A DNA stretch of 64,000 nt from Acanthaster planci (Eukaryota). Of the stretch, positions 13,593 through 24,667 are shown one piece after another. Position 1 is the first letter of the stretch; each line of letters opens with the position of its first letter. The stretch is taken from NCBI RefSeq assembly GCF_001949145.1, contig NW_019091356.1, positions 62,001 to 126,000 of the forward strand, written 5' to 3'. Position numbers and translations under genes: made by a program. The notes below the pieces were generated by a model. That model was given only the letters and a program-made list of their open reading frames with translations, did not search any database and was not told where the DNA came from.

Positions 13593-16500
13593 ATGGCACC
13601 CATGGTTGTTCTTATTACAGGATGCTCCTCAGGAATGGGGTTAGCTGAGGCAGTGTATCTTGCTACTACGTCAAAGCATGACTTCAAGGTGAGTCTACAC
13701 ATAGTTTATGGGTACACAATTAAGATACAACGAGCAAACATTGAGTTAGTGTGTCGGTCTCAAACAACTAAGCTCTGAGACAAATACCCATTAACGATGT
13801 TTATCACTGAATGTTTACAAGGGCAAAACAATACTCAAGAATAGACTCAAGTACAAACAGGTAGTTCATCAGTGCATTATACACGCTTAATGAGTGGAGT
13901 GAAATGCAAGCAAGGTCAATGGTAGTCCATAACATTTATTTTACTTTTGACAACTTTTGGATTTTGCAAAGGTGTGGTGCTTATTAATACGGATATGAGA
14001 TGTTTAATTCTTAGGTTTATGCAACGGTGATTGATCTTGATCAGAGAGAGCACCTGGAAAGGGCTGCCGGAGACTCTCTCAATAAAAAGTTGTTCATCCG
14101 TAAACTTGATGTCACCAAAGAAGACACCATCACATCCGTGGTTGATGAGATAGTACGAGAAAACAAGAAGCTTGACGTTGTCGGTGAGAAATATAGGGTT
14201 GAGCTAATTTAATGAAGACGTGCCTCCTTTGACACGTACCGGGGAAGGACCAGGGTCTGAGGAAACTTTAAAATGGATGATACCATGCTGTCTCTTTCAC
14301 TCAAAGTTCACCGGAGCGGATCTACAATGTTTTACTGGGGTCGGAAAATTTGTGTTCGTGTTTGCGTTTGTTTCTGCATTCAATTGGGGACCCNNNNNNN
14401 NNNNNNNNNNNNNNNNNNNNNNNNNNNNNNNNNNNNNNNNNNNNNNNNNNNNNNNNNNNNNNNNNNNNNNNNNNNNNNNNNNNNNNNNNNNNNNNNNNNN
14501 NNNNNNNNNNNNNNNNNNNNGTTGCAGGCAAATACACACTTGAGTGGGTGGGTGACCGTGCAGGCGGGGCATACATAGTGTGGACCTCTGCACAGAGAAG
14601 TCCTCATACTGTAGGGTATGATGGCGTTGTGCGGACTCAAACACGTCCACACAATGTTTTCCCCTCTCTGAAAAACAGTTTTATAGGCATTTGGGGGTCA
14701 ATGTTATCCGTAGCAAAATGAACAGGAACAGTCCAGGAAATCATCATCAAAAATCCAGCTCGAAGGAGTTATCCTAGTTGGAGAAAATGGAGCATTTTTG
14801 TTAAGTTTCCTTAGCCACGCGGGAGAACAAAGGAATGTCCACACTTTGTATGTAAAACAGGTATATGTGTGTAGGCAGTCGTCGTTGTGAAGCCGTATTG
14901 AATCTCTGGTGTTTCCTTAACCGTACGCTCAAAATAAGACACCTAAATGGTTAATGCTTCCTAAGAGCTCTTTCAACCTTTAGACGTGGGTCCTAAAAGA
15001 GCATCTCTAAGGAAAACATGTTTTCTCTGATTTAATCTGTTCAAATAAATATGCATGCATCTAAATCAAACGCGGTGTCATTTGTCTTCAGAGTTCGCAG
15101 TGGACAAACCCTTATGCATGCCAACAATGGCTACGGGTACATGCATTGTTTGGTATGCATAAGAGTTCATCCACTACGAACACAGGGCGAGGGTTCGCCT
15201 CGCTTTGTCCGTTTCCTCCGAATGACGCAATCTACATTCAGAATTCGCATCTTGTCATGAACAGAAAAAAAACCTTTTTAGCTTGTTACAGTTGAGCTCT
15301 AAAAACAGATGAAACTGCTTTCGTTTCGGATGCTTCCATATTTATTTAAACAGAAAAAAATCAGAGAAAACATGTTTTTCTTAGAGGTGCTATTTAAATA
15401 CTTATTAAAAATTGAATGACTTTTAGGGGAAGGTTTGACCTCCTCAACCCGCGCCTGCTTAATTCATTTTGAAAATAAATTAAGGAACTATTAGTTAAAT
15501 TTAGACCTCTTAAGTTATGACACTTACCCGTTTGGAATATAATCTGTTCGCATTCAGTCGGAAGACACTGATTACTTTTCAATTTATATAAAAGTCATAC
15601 AAACTACCAAAAAAATATACCAGACCAACCTTCCTTGAACCGCCAGAAGGTATGATGTATATACATGTACGCTGAACAGGAACGTGTCGAGTGTCAAGGT
15701 TGCAGGCCCGTAAATTGGCCGAAACCTGCTTGCGCGGGCAACGTTACAATTTGTATGCACACTATTCTCTGAAAAATAATGCATTTTATGGCCCAAGAAC
15801 GTGAAGATTTGTAGAAAAGACAGGTTAAGGCGAGCAAAGAGAATACTAGCTTGTGTCTGAGTGAGATTTAGGAGAAATCGGTGCCTGAAAACGTTCTATA
15901 TTTCGAGAAGTGTAGGCATCGATATTTCAAAATGGCTAGGGGCTTCACGACTGCTTTTTAGGGGTGACCGTCCGTGGAAAAATATCTTTAAAAGTCATCG
16001 GTTAACCAATGGAAATTTGAAAAGAAAATTAATAATCATAAAATGGGCTTTAATTTGATGTGCATCTCGAACGCCTGAGAATCTTGGGATTATTTTTCCC
16101 GATTTTTTGAAGTTCGGGTATATATCACTGTCGGTTATGGAAGTTTATTTTACTGGCATGCAACCCCACCTGTTTTGAGGGCGAACGCCCTGAGTTCCAT
16201 TTCGAGTTTCTAAATAATGCTTACATGACAGCGCCCCCGTGTGGCGATAACTTTAATATGCAGTGCCCAGGCACGAGTACATTCTGTAAATCTTGTAATG
16301 AGTTGACTGTTTCAAGTTTTTCTCTTTCTGCATCCTTTTTACAAATGTTCAGTTAACAATGCTGGGATTTTAGATCAAATAGGCTTCTTCTTTAACAAGA
16401 CACGAAGCTCTGTTGATGACGCTCGTGCCATGATGGAAGTTAACGTGTTGGGACCAGCAAGAGTTATTCATGCTGTTTTGCCTACGATGAAGAAACAGAA

Positions 16501-17422
16501 GTTCGGCCGAATAATCAACACAACGAGCGGAACAGGCATAGAGGGTAATGCAAATTACAGGATTTGATTTTTTAGTCATTGCTCAATAATTGACCAACCA
16601 TTTTTGTAATCTTCGGTGTAAAGATTTAACCTTTTTAGTGGCAAAGTATCCACTAATCTACCAACAAAATCCCATCAAGGCAACATCCATAAAAATCAAC
16701 AAAATCAAGATCGTTTTATTTTCCACTACAGCGACACCTTTCTTGGAGTTTTATTCGGCATCTAAATTTGCACTTGAGGGACTTTCTGAGAGCTTAGCGC
16801 CCGTTCTTCGCAAAGGTTACAATATCAGGTAAGGTCTCAAACTAGACTGAATGACGTCTTCATATCAGAACTGGAGAGCCAACCACAAACCTGCGTAACC
16901 CGATATGTCACCTTCTACTGCTCAGAATTTAGAGAAAAAGCCTTCACATAATGACCAGCACCCGTTTATTTCAAACTGGACCTTAGTCTTGCACTCCAGA
17001 GAGCAGTGCATGTGCTATCGTTTCGGGCCTTTATAAATAGATCCAATCAAAGCATCGAAACTGTCCAAATATAGTTACTATTTCGTGATTCTAACAGAGT
17101 CAGTATTTTGGAGCCTTCCGCAGTCCTAACACCTCTTCTGGAGAAAGCAATGAACCCAGATTTTAAACCAGATTACGTGTGCGGAACCTGGGAAGAGGAG
17201 GCCCAAGAACTATACAAAAACTACTGGGAGAAGGACCTGAAATCCGCCCTCGGTGTCTACATACAACCAGAGGAAGTTGCACAAATCTTGGAAGAAATCA
17301 TCCTCTGTGATGATCCGCATCTACGATATCAAACCAACGCGACTTTGAAGAAGACGGTTGCAGCCAAAATGGTGGACCCCACAGGTGATTCTGTCTTCAA
17401 AGTTTTTCAAGCATTTCAATAA
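13593..17422 (+). CDS. Short-chain dehydrogenase/reductase, retinol dehydrogenase 8 / 17-beta-HSD1-like; 5 exons
   Basis: Exons 13593-13688, 14015-14183, 16353-16544, 16732-16828, 17098-17422; all GT-AG and phase-consistent. Motifs: VVLITGCSSGMG (TGxxxGxG), KVYAT, LDVT, VNNAG, YSASKFALEGLSESLA (YxxxK), RVSILEP and PHLRYQT, which is typical of the RDH8/HSD17B1 subfamily. AATAAA at 17550. Confidence 0.92.
14998..15393. mobile_element. MITE with ~100-bp imperfect terminal inverted repeats, Kolobok-like, in SDR intron 2
   Basis: Left arm agagcatctctaaggaaaacatgttttctctgattt...aaataaatatg is the reverse complement of right arm catatttattt...aaatcagagaaaacatgtttttcttagaggtgctat. Flanked by TAAA on the left and TTAA (15394-15397) on the right. 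Confidence 0.75.
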
Positions 17423-20375
17423 ACAAAAAATCCAGTTGGCGGGCTTTTGAGCGCAGCAGAGCTTTATCAGAACTTAAGCTATTTTTGATGTTGTAGTAGA
17501 ACGAGAACAGTCTGACCTGACTATGAAATGACTTATGATTGAAATTAGGAATAAAAATTACCATCAAATTTGATAGTTTCTCTATTTCAGAAATTCAAAT
17601 ACCAGTTTAGTAAGGGAAGACTACCTTATATTTATAGTCCTACTGATTCAATACGGCAATTCCACTAACTTCATCAACGTCCTTGAGGGAGGTCGTGTTC
17701 TTAGTAATAGTAGTAAATTAGGTGTGGATACTACAGCACATAGAAACTCTGTTCCCCTAACTTGATTGTACAAAATGCTACCAATGCTTGTCGCCGAATG
17801 CCAGCAAAAAACTGCATCAAGATGCACGAGAACGTGCATCTTGATTCCTTATGAAAGCCCGACTTCAAGGTGAGTAAGGTTTTATTTTTTTACGTAAAGA
17901 ATTAATAAAATCCACGGTACAAGAACAAGGGTGAGCAGGTCTAATAATTTTTCGGTACGCGGTAGGTTTATGCGGATATCACAAGCTGTGAATTTGAACT
18001 TAAGGACTTTCTCCGAAAAAAGAAGAGGGAAAAGTGGCTCGTTCGTCAACTAGATTAACCCCGACAAAAGTCAGATAAAAACTTGATAAACAGTGAAGTT
18101 TCATGAAAGCATGACATACACATCAATACTTAACTACGGTTTAACGCGTTTTAAATTAGGTAGCGTAGTCTTTGTAACGTATTATAGTTTGAAAGATGTC
18201 ATCCTTTACATAAACATTTGGCCACTACCACTTACTATTCCAGGTCAATTACGATGGAAATTGTGAAAGTTGGATTGTTTATAGCTTAACAACAAAACTT
18301 GTTTGGAATCCTGTCAAATGAATCCCGACTGATGGAATGATTATTACCGATTATACACCTAGTTCAACCACTTAATTTTCAGACTTAAAATTTGTGTTTC
18401 CATATTGAAGGAATTTTAAATTCACTATTTTCATTCACATTTCCACATTGAAGGAACTTTAAATTCGTTATTCTCATTTGCATTCTGATCGTAGTTTTAA
18501 ATGTGCATAGTAACTTACAATTTTTGCCCATCGGTAAACAGAACCACCCTCCCTTTTTGTATGTCTGACTTCAACACTCAACATAGATGGTCGGCGTTTT
18601 GAAGGTTACATCAGAACTATTAATACACGCTAGTCAGACTCCATAAAAGAGGGCAATCTACGATGTACCCAGCAAGATAAGAGACAGACAGGTATCCCCC
18701 ACACGTCCAATCCTTACACACTCTAGACTATTGTTACCTGACACACAACCCAAGACGTCCGAAAGTAATTCCTGAGATTCCGATCAAACAGTGACCAACA
18801 CAAAGGTGAGGGGTTGCTCTCTGTCCCATATCTTGTTTCATATTCTCTATGAGGCAATATTCAACAAAAATCTACACGACCCCTTCGAAAACATTATGAA
18901 TTGCTACTTGTTTTTCTAGTACAATCCTTCCTGATTTTAAATTTAAAAATCACAAAGGCACTCTAAAAGTACAGCATTCTGGCCGATAGAAAGCTGTTTA
19001 GGATTGAGGTTTGGGGATTTGTCAAACGGAAAGATGATTTAGCACAAGTGAGATGATACCATAATTCCATTAAGAAAATGGTAAAACAACATTAATATGG
19101 AGTCGTATAATGGTGAGAGTGCAAACAGTAATCTGATTCTATAGAGGGTTACATCTTCATCGCTTTAGAGTGCTCAATAAATTATTTACGGCTGACTGCA
19201 TTGCCAGCAAAAGTAGACACTTGTGCGAGCGCACGATAACCTGTGTACAAAGTACACCAGTGTAGATACACATTTTTGCATGAACAAACCTGAAGATATT
19301 AATTCACCGTATGGCAAGAACTTTACACTCTCAACCCAAATGAGAAATTTCTAATCGGCATTTTATCTGGTTTTAATGAAAATAGTTAACGACAACATGA
19401 TTTGAGCAATTGAGTTTGTCCCATTTGGTCTAAAGTAAACACTTATCTGTATTATCATTATATTTTAGCAAATGGGCATTTAAATTTCTTAACAAGATGA
19501 TTTAAATCAGGAAACTGTTTCCCAAGGTGAAAATCAATCATACCGTTGATTGTTCCCTACGCCCAACTTTTTTTTCTTCAGTTAAATTTAACTACAAGCC
19601 AAAAACAGATAAGTGAGACTGTTATGTCCACCTTGTTTATAACCACTAAAGTTTATGATTTGAAATGCTGAGTAACTACACAAATACCATTAATTAATGT
19701 CAATAATTGTCATTTTCCCTCTGTAAGAATTATTAGACACCAATTATCTTTTAAAAGGTTATTCCGTCAGCATTCACTATACAATCTTAATTATCTGTAT
19801 GCTAATTCAAACAGAGTATGAGCACATATAAACGAAACAAAAGGATCATTAATAAAAGATCTGCTGCAAACGGCTTACTGACTGGAATGTATAAACATTA
19901 GAAGTTAAACCGTTATTGTACATGTATTTTCTTCAGGGTATGTGTGACCAATGTTGAAGCGTCGAAAATAGTGCAATGTTTTCTCCTCCATGGGTTGGAC
20001 ACCCGAAACCCTCAGAGAGTAGTTACGTGGTCAGATTTGTATTTTCCTTGTCAATGCAAATTTGACCTTCCTGGCCGCTCCACTGTAGGTAGAAAGTTAC
20101 ATGGCAAAGAACCGTTCTGCTATTGGCATTAGTTCCTACAGTAGATAGAAACTCATCGGTTTCCGAAATGTTCAACTCGATGGCCTTAACACCCAGCAAG
20201 GAAATAATTATCTTCGTTATAATGTTTATTCACTTTTAACATTGCGTTCAGGCCTCAAATTTCAAACACTAAACAACCTCACTTAAAGTTTATTGATGAC
20301 TGTTATCATCACAGACTTTGCCTCAAGTGTCCGTGTCTGGTTAATCGGCATGTATCACACAGACCTTTTTTTCTC

Positions 20376-21170
20376 TCAAGCCTGCCTGTGACAGCAAAGG
20401 CCAAATACGTTTTTTGCTGAAGGTTCATGGAGGTCCAAGCTGAGAAAACCATGCACAAGAGGACTGACTGTTGAAGCAGTAACCTTCAGAAGTAACAATG
20501 CGTTCGGAACGTTGCCCCTTTTAAACTCCATGCAGAAGAAGTATCTCAAGATCGCAAATATGACTTGTTCTACGTCATTCGTACAGATCATTAGCGCAGT
20601 GATAGTCAATTTGATCATTATGCGCTGAAAGGACAAACGTCGACCCTGTCCATGACGCTTGCACAATCGTCTCATTCTGCTCACATAACAGAAGCCATCT
20701 ATCACCCAAACTGCCAGATAGAAAACAGCAAAAAGAGCAGAAGCTGCTTGTCTTACTTGGCGGAACACGCGTGCTGTTACGAACAAGGCTGTTTAGATTC
20801 CAGCGGTTAACCAAACAATAAGGCAAATTTTGACAGCTCTCCGTTTATTGTTGGAAATTAAAAACATTTCCTTGGGATGCATACTCCAAGATGTCTTTCT
20901 GCTGCTACGACGGAAGCAAAAAGACTGGATGCAAAACATACACCTAAGATTCCAGAGAGGAGAAGTGGAACTGGCCAGGGTCCATATTTGTTCGCGTCAG
21001 TAAAAGATCTAATGAGCAAAAAGATCAATAACAAGATATCTGCCACGGTACGACATGTACGACAATAATTGCATCAAATGGTTTATGGGCGTTCTAAACA
21101 TCCCCAAACACACCAAAATAAAAAGTCCATAACAGTTGGTTTTTCACCTAGAAGAGCTGCATGGAGTGCC
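20376..21170 (-). pseudogene. Degraded class A GPCR pseudogene, tandem paralog of the 23690-24667 receptor
   Basis: Fragments in shifting frames align in order with the intact neighbour: TNCYGLFILVCLGMFRTPIN (vs TNCTFLVVIARHKFLRIPFN), VADILLLI, SSLFASVVAAERHLGVCIP (vs TSLFVTVVATERFLAVCFP), RAVKICLIVWLTAGI* (vs RAWKISASAWLTAAIC), KLTITAL, LRYFF, VTASTVSPLVHG. At least two frameshifts plus an in-frame TAA at 20793-20795. Confidence 0.85.
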
Positions 21171-23689
21171 CTCACAAGAGCATTTTTGTTATTTCACTTC
21201 AATGACAGTTGAAGTACAAACGATCTACGCATGTATAGCAATGACAATAGAAACTATACACTGTACTAAGCAAAGCAAGAAGTCAAAGTTTTTATTTCGC
21301 AACACACACAAAAATGAAGGTGTTGAAAAGCTGCAATAATTAGTTGGACTTTCTGCTTAGTTGATCAAGACATACAAAATTTTCATGTTATATCCCTAAT
21401 ATACACTCGTTTCAGTCGTTATTGTCAACCGGTAAAAGCAATTATCGTTCAATAGCAAAATTCGCTGAAGCATCATTATAAATACAAATTACATGAAAAA
21501 GACTGGAAAATGGGAGCCTGGCAACGCAATAAACATAAGAATGTCACACTGCGATGAATGATTTATCTAGACCACTTGCACATTTATACAAGCTCACGTT
21601 CGATACTCAACAGCACGAGCAACACAAAACACAATTAGTGTTTTGCAAGGACACAGAGAACATGTAACGTCATGAATTACTTATTGGTTTAATGATATGA
21701 GAAGGCTTTGTACTGTTTTCATGGCGCAGTAGAACGCACACATGACATCCATTGCTAGCCGTGCGTAAACCGTTCAAGGTATCCGGGGGCGGTCCATGAA
21801 ACTGCCAACCATTTGGTCCGTGATAATACCAGCTTTCCCTTTTGTCTTAAATTGGGCCTGATTAGAGTTTATCATTCATCCTTTAGCAAGGTAAAGACGC
21901 AAGCCAATGGCGCGCATAAGCTCGACATACGGTTTACAGTGCCTTTTTCGTCTCGCGTCATCATGGAACATACAGTACACGTACTTAATACACGTGGTAC
22001 TTGACATTATAAACCAGCATTTACCCGACGATTTAAAACTCAATCTCAAATGGCAAGCAAAAGAAAAAAGTCAAATCGGGAACAACGTCATAAAAAAGGC
22101 CGACAAAGAACTGTCATTGACAGAGATCTTCTAAGTTTAGATTCTAGAATGGAGCTGTGACTTTGGTCAGTCAGTGATGGCATATAACTAGTTCATATCC
22201 TTACTAGTTGAAAACGTCCATTTGACTGTTCTCACATCAATCACTCTTTCTTAAACAATTCATTAGTGAAGGCGACACGGCGTGACAAATCAGAGATGAA
22301 TTGAGGCACGTATTACAAACTGAATGTTTACCCACAATATTCATACAGTAGGCCAGATTACAATATTGTTGGGCATGCATATGGCACACAGTAATGACGC
22401 ATTCAACGCTTCTGTTCTAGAAACGATGCAGGGCACGTAGCAGCACTTCTGGGGTGATGAAAGTGTAAGCAGGCTCAGCGTTCATCAGTGGTACTACTGT
22501 AAGGGGGTTCGCTGGGGTTTCTGACACGGGGTTAGGTCAAAAGTCGCAGGTTTAGGATTGACAAGGGTTAAGAGAAGCCTAGGATTCAAAGATATTTCTT
22601 GTCGCAAGTGTTTCCTTCAAAATTGTAAAGAAACAATAAGTTTAGTCAATAAAATTTAATCCAAATTATGAGAGTCGAGTACATGGACTAAAACTGTGAT
22701 AAATATATCAAAAGTCTGGCTTAGTTAAAGAATTCTCTAAGTAATCAACTGGTCATTGTACGAATAGGATTCCAACGTCGTTTAAACACAAGGACAATAC
22801 TTTATATCCAGGACAAAATATGCAAATGAGTTTGTTCCTTCCTTGCTTCCTTCCGTTCTTATTACATGTAGATGCAAGTGTTTCCATTTGTGGAACAAAA
22901 GCAATAAATCAATGCTACAAGATAGCTGGCTGTCACAGAATGCCTCCGTCGTTTGTAAGGGGCGATTCCACTTTACTTCAACAGAGGGCAAAATACAAAA
23001 AACACGTGATCATAAGGACGCATTTACAGAGCAGCTCGAGAGGTAACTTGACTCCGACAAAAAGATTTGGACGACGGCATTTTCAACTCCACATAATCTA
23101 TTTACAATAACTGCCAACCGGACGAGATAAAACAGCGAAAAACAAAATTTGTAAACTTGTTTTCTCTTTTGATTTCTTTCTAATGTTTACACAAGCTATG
23201 TAGGATGGGAAAGTACGTTGGGGAATGCTTAGCCCTGTTCGTCTCTTGCCCCAGGAGACAGAAGGGCCAAAATGCAGTAAATCAATCTGGATACAGCCTC
23301 ACATTTTTAAGTCATTTTGCCACAACAAAATAAATCGTTAGTTTTAACTTATTTCAAAAGCAGGACAACTGCATGAGATAAAGTACTGTGTATTATAATA
23401 TTTTCACCATCCATGGAATTAAACACTATGAGATTTTCTGTACACAGCATCAACGTACACAGAATAACAATGTATTTGATTCTACCAATGGCAATCAGCT
23501 TTTAGGAAGGAATATGTTAATTAGGTGTCAATGAATACAAATGCAATGTAATTATACCTACTTGCTAAAATCTTGCAATCTTCACATTTAAAGTGCAATC
23601 CAGTAGGTATCTGAAACCTTTCAAAAACCGTTTAACTACACAAACTTTAAATTCTCCTCTCTCATCAAACTCAAGTCCGGGACGGTTTG

Positions 23690-24667
23690 TTATTTATCAG
23701 TGGTTTGAACCGGAGATCGATCAATTAAGATGTCAGTTGCTCTCTTGAAAGAACGAGATGGGGGCTGGTTCTCTGTCAATTCCTGAGCTCGGTTGACCTT
23801 ACAGCACCATCTCCCAAGGACCTTCCTGACTGAAAGTTTCTGTAACTCGAAATTCACCACACCATACATGAGTGGGTTAATGGTGGCACTCGCAACATTC
23901 AAACACAAAACAATCATCTCAAAGGGTGTCTTGTTTAACTTCTCCTCGAAGAAGTAATGTAAGATGATGTATATGACGTGGGTCGTATCAACTGAAAACA
24001 CCACTAACGCAGTGATCGCTAATTTGGTAACAACGCGACGATGGACGCACGATGATGTCAATGGGCGTTTCCACAAACGCACAATGATGCAGGCATACAA
24101 GACACTGTTGACCGTTAGGAAAACCAAGCAAAAGAAAATTATGACGAAGAGAAGAGCCCTCTTTTCGAAGCTGGACAGGAACACCACCAGTTTAACCAGT
24201 GCGCCACAGATTGCAGCAGTCAGCCAGGCAGAAGCAGAGATCTTCCAGGCCCGGTGTCGGTCGTTGACAAGGATGGTATACTTCAACGGGAAACATACAG
24301 CGAGAAAGCGTTCAGTGGCGACGACAGTAACGAATAAGCTGGTGGCTACGTAGGAGACAGAAAACAAGAAACAAAATCCGCGCAAAAATGGGTCCTCCTT
24401 GTTACTTATGCATGTGAAAGACAGAGCAAGGATTAAGTAGATGACACCGCTGACTGCAAGGTTGGAAAGAAATATATTGAATGGAATTCGAAGGAATTTG
24501 TGACGTGCGATGACGACAAGAAAAGTGCAGTTGGTAAGGAGACCGATTGGAAAGATTACAAAGATGAATATATCAGGTACTGAGAGAGTTCGTTCATCAA
24601 ATAACATGTTTCCAGTTACATTTTGTCCACTGTCTTCAAGCATCGGTTCAGAAATGTTGATATTCAT
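23690..24667 (-). CDS. Intronless orphan class A (rhodopsin-like) G protein-coupled receptor, 325 aa
   Basis: Seven hydrophobic segments, N-terminal N-glycosylation sequons (NIS, NVT), TM1 GLLTN, TM2 NIFLSNLAVS, TM3 ERFLAVCFP, TM4 Trp, TM7 INPLMY, and a WCC after helix 8. Confidence 0.92.
   Translation of the reverse strand: MNINISEPMLEDSGQNVTGNMLFDERTLSVPDIFIFVIFPIGLLTNCTFLVVIARHKFLRIPFNIFLSNLAVSGVIYLILALSFTCISNKEDPFLRGFCFLFSVSYVATSLFVTVVATERFLAVCFPLKYTILVNDRHRAWKISASAWLTAAICGALVKLVVFLSSFEKRALLFVIIFFCLVFLTVNSVLYACIIVRLWKRPLTSSCVHRRVVTKLAITALVVFSVDTTHVIYIILHYFFEEKLNKTPFEMIVLCLNVASATINPLMYGVVNFELQKLSVRKVLGRWCCKVNRAQELTENQPPSRSFKRATDILIDRSPVQTTDK

Noticed and set aside
14220..14721. ORFs containing X runs
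   Set aside because: Artefacts of the N-gap at 14394-14520 within SDR intron 2.
18397..18485. ~43-bp direct duplication
   Set aside because: Only two diverged copies in intergenic DNA; an ordinary local duplication.
23964..24353. 129-aa plus-strand ORF
   Set aside because: Antisense shadow of the GPCR coding sequence.
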